DNA from: Candidatus Latescibacterota bacterium
Lineage (GTDB): Bacteria; Latescibacterota; UBA2968
DNA length: 64,000 nt
Assembly (NCBI GenBank): GCA_965222605.1
Contig: OZ244960.1
Location: forward strand, 1,728,001 to 1,792,000
Reading direction: 5' to 3'
The notes under the pieces are model-generated. The model searched no databases and had not been told where the DNA came from. It saw only the letters and a program-made list of their open reading frames with translations. Below are positions 58,428 through 64,000 of the stretch, in pieces. Every line of letters begins with the position of its first letter. The stretch's first letter is position 1. Both the position numbers and the translations under genes were made by a program.

Positions 58428-60821
58428 ATGAGAAGACCCGCATTGTGGACTGCGCTGTACCTTGCTTTGGGAATCGGTTTACACAGATATGTTGGAATGT
58501 CTCCAGTACCCACCATGCTCTGCGCCTTTGCGGTTATTTGTCTTTGCGGCGTGGGGCTGTGGTGGCAATGGAATAAAGGGAAGATGAGCATCCTTTTCGC
58601 GGTCCTTATCGTTTTGCTGGGTGCATTGAACGGCGTGCAAAGTCTGGAACGCGCTGTAGATCACTTTGCCCAGTTCTTACCTACAGACCGCACACCTGTC
58701 GAAGTCGAGGGATTGGTCTCATCGGACCCCGAACGCATTGACGGCGATTATCGCATCGTCTTTGACGTACTTCAACTCGTCGTCAAAGACACGTCACGCG
58801 CGGTAAGTGGCAGGGCGCTGATCAGGTTTAAGGCGGGTACCGCATTGCCCGCCTACAGGGACCGAATGCAATTGCAGATGCAACTTTATCAACCGGATCC
58901 CCCGCGAAATCCGGGCGCATTTGATTACCGTGAATTTTTGAAGCGAAGGGGCATTGATGCTTTGGGCACGGTGCAAAAGCGCGCTCAGATTATTGCACAT
59001 CGACAAGAAAAAGACGACTGGTGGGCGCAGATCGTATTACCCGTCAGAAATCTCATTCGTCGGGCAATCGAGCAAAATCTTTCCGGCGGGCCTGCTGGCC
59101 TCTTAAAAGGGGTGCTTTTGGGTGCAAAGCATGCGGTGCCCGAAGAAGTTAAAACCACTTTCGCGCAAACGGGTATCAACCACGTCTTAGCAGTGTCTGG
59201 ACTTCACGTGGGATTGATTGCTGGGGCTGTATTTTTTATGCTGAAGATACTGGGGATCGGACGAGGTATCACTGCCGCATTGACGATCTGTGCGCTGGTA
59301 TTTTACGCGCTGATAACCGGGTTGCCCCCCTCGGTCGTACGCGCTTCGACAATGGGATGCGTAGCACTTTTGGGTATGGTGGGGCAACGCGATATAGACG
59401 GTGGAAATATCCTGGGCATAGCGGGTTTGGGGTTGTTGATCGCTCGACCACAAGACTTGTTCGATGTGGGTTTTCAACTATCATTTGTAGCCACGGGCGG
59501 CATTTTGATTTTTTATCGACCATTGCGTGATCTCTTACCTGAAAAAGAGGGATGGTACAATACCTGTGTCGCAGGGCCGCTGGCGGTTTCTATCGCCGCT
59601 CAGGCAACGACTCTTCCCTTTATTGTGGGATATTTTGGTCTGGTATCGGTTATTGGCTTAATTGCAAATTTGATTGTCGTGCCGCTCATAGGCATAGGCG
59701 TTGGACTGGGACTCCTGACCGTGTTGGCTTTCGCCTGTTGGGAACCCATGGCGACGATATTAAACGCCGCGAATTGGCTAATTTTGAGCGGATCAATCAA
59801 ATGTGCGGAATTTATGGCCGAGCCAGAGTGGGCTGCCTTTGAAGTTGCGCGTCCTTCCTGGGTTATCTTTGCTATTTATCTGGTCCTGATTCCTCTGATT
59901 CACCCTACTGCCAGACGGCGTTGGGGTACTTATTGTGTCATAATCGCCCTTGTTCTGGCAAATATCGGGGTTTGGAAAAATATCTTGCGAACAGAGTCAG
60001 CCCTTAAAGTCTATTTCCTCGATGTCGGTCAGGGCGATGCTGTTTTTTTTAAATATCCGAATGGGCTAACACTTTTGGTCGATGGTGGCATTCGCACGCA
60101 ATACACCGACATGGGAGCGCGCGTGATTCTGCCATTTCTCAAAAGTCAGAGTATTGATCATATCGATGTCGTGGTGGGATCTCACCCGCATGCCGATCAT
60201 ATTGGTGGCCTGATATCCGTTTTGGGACAAATGTCGGTAGGTCATTATCTCGATGCAGGACAGCATGTCGATTCTTTTTCCGGCAAAAGGCTGCAAAAGA
60301 TCGTAAAGGCAAAAGGCATCAGATATCATACTGTGGCTGCAGGAGATAGTCTGGTGGGTATTGGCGGTCTGGTGCTACATCCAACATCGGCTTATGTTTC
60401 CGACTTGGGACCAGCACCTGATGGCTTGAATAATGGTTCGGTCGTCATTCGAATCGTCCATCAAGAGATAGCGATACTGTTGACTGGAGACATAGAACAC
60501 GAGACAGATGGCGATCTGATGCGCTGGGGCCATCGCCTGCGCTCAGACATCCTCAAAGCAGCGCATCACGGCTCGCGCACTTCCTCGACACCCGAGTTTC
60601 TCGCGGGTGTCACGCCCAGCATTGTGGCCATATCGTGCGGAAAAAACAATAAGTTCCGGCATCCTTCGCCAGAAGTTGTACAGCGCTTTCGCGATATGGG
60701 GATACAAATTTGGCGAACCGATCATTCGGGTGCAATCGCAGTGAGAATAGATCGCGGACACATCGATATCGTGCCGTGGATCAAAAATGATAAACCTGAG
60801 GCATTGTTAAACGGAAATTAA
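58428..60821 (+). CDS. comEC: DNA internalization competence protein ComEC/Rec2
   Basis: RNPGAFDY, HVLAVSGLH, DVGQGD, SHPHADHIGG, HHGS. Confidence 0.95.
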   Translation: MRRPALWTALYLALGIGLHRYVGMSPVPTMLCAFAVICLCGVGLWWQWNKGKMSILFAVLIVLLGALNGVQSLERAVDHFAQFLPTDRTPVEVEGLVSSDPERIDGDYRIVFDVLQLVVKDTSRAVSGRALIRFKAGTALPAYRDRMQLQMQLYQPDPPRNPGAFDYREFLKRRGIDALGTVQKRAQIIAHRQEKDDWWAQIVLPVRNLIRRAIEQNLSGGPAGLLKGVLLGAKHAVPEEVKTTFAQTGINHVLAVSGLHVGLIAGAVFFMLKILGIGRGITAALTICALVFYALITGLPPSVVRASTMGCVALLGMVGQRDIDGGNILGIAGLGLLIARPQDLFDVGFQLSFVATGGILIFYRPLRDLLPEKEGWYNTCVAGPLAVSIAAQATTLPFIVGYFGLVSVIGLIANLIVVPLIGIGVGLGLLTVLAFACWEPMATILNAANWLILSGSIKCAEFMAEPEWAAFEVARPSWVIFAIYLVLIPLIHPTARRRWGTYCVIIALVLANIGVWKNILRTESALKVYFLDVGQGDAVFFKYPNGLTLLVDGGIRTQYTDMGARVILPFLKSQSIDHIDVVVGSHPHADHIGGLISVLGQMSVGHYLDAGQHVDSFSGKRLQKIVKAKGIRYHTVAAGDSLVGIGGLVLHPTSAYVSDLGPAPDGLNNGSVVIRIVHQEIAILLTGDIEHETDGDLMRWGHRLRSDILKAAHHGSRTSSTPEFLAGVTPSIVAISCGKNNKFRHPSPEVVQRFRDMGIQIWRTDHSGAIAVRIDRGHIDIVPWIKNDKPEALLNGN

Positions 60822-60977
60822 AGAATAACGCGATGTGTATTTAATCCCCGCGCACAAAAAAAAGCGATCCATATAGGACCGCTTTTTTTTGTAGTGGATG
60901 AAGGCGTCTTTTCCATCAGCCTCCGCATATTGGGATGCATTGAAACAGGGATGCAATTTCCTTATTTTTTCGGCCAT
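60807..60977 (-). pseudogene. Possible degenerate cold-shock protein gene
   Basis: MAEKIRKLHPCFNASQYAEADGKDAFIHY resembles Csp FN and KDxFxHY motifs but lacks KGFGF; GGAG upstream. Confidence 0.4.
60856..60890. terminator. Bidirectional intrinsic terminator after comEC
   Basis: A8-GCGaTCC-atata-GGAcCGC-T8. Confidence 0.8.
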
Positions 60978-61318
60978 TACTATAGTATTATCTCCCCCGG
61001 TAATACCATAGTTTAACCGTTAAAGGCCAACCCTAATTCCTCCTGGACCAATTCAGGGCTTGAAGGTTAGAGCAACCCTCATCCACCAAAATATAAATAC
61101 CCATAACCATATTAAAAATATGGAGATATGAGAAAAATTTCTTTCGAATCACAAATAGAATATATACAGTGAAAGTCCGCGCGTCAACTACTAAATTGAC
61201 CTTTAATGTCGGTTTTTTTTGGGTGATTGAAATAAGGTCTTGAAACTTAAGAACATTGCTATCTAAAAAAAAATTGCGGGTTTTCTGCACGGATATGCAG
61301 GCTGGATGTACGATCCCG

Positions 61319-62287
61319 CTATTTATGAGATTCTTCCCAAATCCCCATTCGATTGAATTTTTCAACCCGTAATTTTGAAAGATTTTCAGCGGGTATTTTA
61401 ACAATCTCTGCAAGAGCGTCTGAAACGGATTTTTTGAGATTTTGCGCGGCCAGATCAAAGTTGCGATGTGCCCCCCCATAAGGCTCTGGCACAATGCAGT
61501 CAATAACACCGAGGTCCAGGAGATCATCGGCCGAAATTTTCATGGCTTCTGCGGCTTCTGTGCGTTTGTCGCGGTTGCGCCAGAGAATGAGCGAACAGGA
61601 TTCGGGATTGATCACGGAGTACCAGGCATTTTCGAGCATGAGTATTTGGTCGCCTACCCCAATGCCAAGTGCCCCTCCGCTCGCGCCTTCACCGATAATT
61701 GCAACGACAATGGGAACGGGTAGCCGTGCCATCTCAAAAAGGTTGCGAGCAATGGCTTCTGATATGCTTCGCTGTTCCGAGGCCAGGCCGGGAAACGCGC
61801 CCGGCGTATCGATCATACAAAGCACGGGCCGACCAAATTTGGCAGCCAATTGCATCAACCTCAGGGCTTTGCGATATCCTTCCGGATGTGGAAGGCCAAA
61901 ATTGCGCTTGAGATTCTCGCTTGTATTGCGCCCTTTTTGTTGCCCGATAACGAAGATGGGTTGGTCTTCAAAATACGCCAACCCCCCGATAATCGCCTGA
62001 TCATTCCCACTACAGCGATCGCCGTGCAGTTCGATAAAATCAGAAGTTATACGGTCGATATAGTCCAGTGAATATGGTCGCTGAGGGTGGCGCGATAGCT
62101 GGTATTTTTGCCACCGCGTGAGATTGCGAAAAATATCGCGTTCGAGTTTCGCGCTGCGTTTCTCGAGAACTTTGATTGCGTCAGTCACATCCAGACCTTC
62201 TGCTTTGGCCCGTTCCCGAAGCGCGGCGATTTTCTTCTCTAACTCGGCCAGTGGCTGTTCAAAGTCGAGATAAGATCGGTCGCTCAT
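61319..62287 (-). CDS. accA: Acetyl-CoA carboxylase carboxyltransferase alpha subunit
   Basis: RHPQRP, PEGYRKALR, GEGASGGALG, YSVINPE. Confidence 0.97.
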   Translation of the reverse strand: MSDRSYLDFEQPLAELEKKIAALRERAKAEGLDVTDAIKVLEKRSAKLERDIFRNLTRWQKYQLSRHPQRPYSLDYIDRITSDFIELHGDRCSGNDQAIIGGLAYFEDQPIFVIGQQKGRNTSENLKRNFGLPHPEGYRKALRLMQLAAKFGRPVLCMIDTPGAFPGLASEQRSISEAIARNLFEMARLPVPIVVAIIGEGASGGALGIGVGDQILMLENAWYSVINPESCSLILWRNRDKRTEAAEAMKISADDLLDLGVIDCIVPEPYGGAHRNFDLAAQNLKKSVSDALAEIVKIPAENLSKLRVEKFNRMGIWEESHK

Positions 62288-62300
62288 AAATGATCGTCCT

Positions 62301-63503
62301 TTATGAAAGTGCGGTCAACGCCGCTTCAATGCGGTCCATGCCCTGGGCGATTTGCTCGGGCGATGCGGCATAGGAAAACCGCAAATACCCCGGCGCCCCA
62401 AAACCCGTGCCGGGAACACAGGCGACGCGCGCTTCTTCGAGCAGAAAATTGCAAAGCGCAACATCGCTGTCAATATGCCCACAAGACGAAGACTTGCCAA
62501 TATATTCAGAGATATCGGGAAAAACATAAAACGCGCCCTGGGGCATATTGCAAGACACACCCGGCATCCGATTGAGGCGAGAAACGATTTGATTGCATCG
62601 TTTAACATAAGCTCGCCGCATCACTTCGACGCAGTCTTGAGGGCCTGTAAGTGCTTCGAGCGCGGCGTATTGGGAAATGGTGCAGGTATTTGTGGTTTCC
62701 TGAGTTTGAACTTTGATCATCAGGTCAATCAAATTCTGAGGACCCGCGCCATACCCGACGCGCCATCCGGTCATCGCATAGGATTTTGATACGCCATTGA
62801 CCGTCAGCGTTCTGTCTGCCAACTCCGGCAGCAAAGCGCCAATAGACACATGCTCGGCATTTTCGTAGAGGAGCTTTTCGTAGATCTCATCGGCAATCAC
62901 ATAGACATTAGAACCCGCAATCACATCGGCCAGTGCATTCAGATTTTCACGGGTATAAACCGTTCCTGTTGGGTTACAGGGGCTGTTTAAGAACACAAAT
63001 TTTGTTCGTGGGGTAATGGCATCTTGAAGTTGCCGCGCCGTCATGCAAAAATCCGAGTCTTGTGTAGTCGGCACAATGATCGGATCACCACCCATTAAGC
63101 GCACCTGATCGGCATAGCTCGTCCAATAAGGGGCGGGAATAATGGCCTCGTCCCCTTCCTCTATTAAAGCGATAATGGCGTCAAAGATGGTTTGTTTTGC
63201 CCCACATGTCACGATAATTTGTGAAGGCGTATAATGCAAATTATTGTCGCGCTCAAATTTATCGCATATCGCGCGTTTGAGTTCGGGAATGCCCGACGCG
63301 GGATTGGTATATCGCGTATGACCCGCTTTAATAGCGCGAATCGCAGCATCGCGTATATGCTCGGGGGTCTCAAAGTCGGGTTCCCCTGCAACGAGGGAAA
63401 TAAGATCAACACCCTGTCGTTTCAGTTCTCCTGCTCTGGCAAAAGCCGAGACAGTCGCAGATGCCTGGATATTGAGAACGCGCTGTGTAAAGGGAGATTT
63501 CAT
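62301..63503 (-). CDS. Class I PLP-dependent aminotransferase (aspartate aminotransferase-like)
   Basis: GEPDF, NSPCNPTG, DEIY, SKSYAMTGWRVG. Confidence 0.92.
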   Translation of the reverse strand: MKSPFTQRVLNIQASATVSAFARAGELKRQGVDLISLVAGEPDFETPEHIRDAAIRAIKAGHTRYTNPASGIPELKRAICDKFERDNNLHYTPSQIIVTCGAKQTIFDAIIALIEEGDEAIIPAPYWTSYADQVRLMGGDPIIVPTTQDSDFCMTARQLQDAITPRTKFVFLNSPCNPTGTVYTRENLNALADVIAGSNVYVIADEIYEKLLYENAEHVSIGALLPELADRTLTVNGVSKSYAMTGWRVGYGAGPQNLIDLMIKVQTQETTNTCTISQYAALEALTGPQDCVEVMRRAYVKRCNQIVSRLNRMPGVSCNMPQGAFYVFPDISEYIGKSSSCGHIDSDVALCNFLLEEARVACVPGTGFGAPGYLRFSYAASPEQIAQGMDRIEAALTALS

Positions 63504-63514
63504 TTTTCTCACTT

Positions 63515-64000
63515 CTATGTCGTGTATTCGGCATTTATACGGACGTAGTCGTATGTCAGATCACAGGTATAAATAGTGGCGGATGCCTCGCCGATGTTCA
63601 AATTGATGTCAATATCTATATCGGAAGCACCTAAAGCTTCGATAGCGCAGTCCTGGTCAAAGAGAAGGCCACTGCCGTCGGCGTAAATGGGGATACCGGC
63701 CATCGAAACGGCTGTGCAGTCGGGATCAATAGCAACGCCAGCATAACCCACCGCACACAAAATGCGACCCCAATTGGGATCGCGCCCAAAAACAGCGGTC
63801 TTGACCAGACTTGAATTGGCGACAGACAACCCCACAGTGCGTGCATCGGTCGCGGTAGCTGCGCCATCAACGCGAACGGTGATAAGTTTGGTCGCACCCT
63901 CGCCATCGCGAGCAATTTGTTTGGCCAGACTAATACAGACTGCATTGAGCGCACTCTGGAAGGTACAGAGGTCTTCGCCCGAAAGTTCGCGCTTGCTCGC
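63515..64000 (-). CDS. argJ: Ornithine acetyltransferase ArgJ, C-terminal part (runs off window end)
   Basis: IARDGEGATK, SSLVKTAVFGRDPNWGRI, TCDLTYDYVRINAEYTT. Confidence 0.95.
   Translation of the reverse strand, partial: ASKRELSGEDLCTFQSALNAVCISLAKQIARDGEGATKLITVRVDGAATATDARTVGLSVANSSLVKTAVFGRDPNWGRILCAVGYAGVAIDPDCTAVSMAGIPIYADGSGLLFDQDCAIEALGASDIDIDINLNIGEASATIYTCDLTYDYVRINAEYTT

Noticed and set aside
61033-61527. 164-aa minus-strand ORF
   Set aside because: Overlaps accA out of frame, with no recognisable motif or RBS.

Overview
Bacterial chromosomal window with mostly housekeeping and catabolic genes: a CoxD/CoxE-like pair, pstSCAB-phoU divergent from ppk1, three sulfatases, czcCBA plus two further metal transporters, gatAB, tatA, pssA, truA, comEC, accA and argJ. 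The gene content would fit an uncultured Latescibacterota/Gemmatimonadota-like organism, but that is a guess. Two accessory blocks interrupt this backbone. (1) An AT-rich type II R-M system with a controller protein and a shared TATCC-N7-GGATA operator, next to an IS605-type element with a decayed tnpA and an intact tnpB. (2) A ~10.2 kb integrase-less defence island bounded by a duplicated gatB 3' end. It holds a HEPN-like gene, type III mod/res, a VapBC-like pair, DUF2513, an ISKra4-disrupted putAbiC gene, and a MITE nested in an IS3 relic. The most striking unannotated signal is a predicted ~57-nt Pho-box-driven small RNA just downstream of phoU. Its 5' end is exactly complementary to 10 nt of the pstS leader, and it also carries a 7-nt complement of the pstS ribosome-binding site. 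No tRNA, rRNA or CRISPR array was recognised. All family calls are from motif recognition by eye; no database searches were run.
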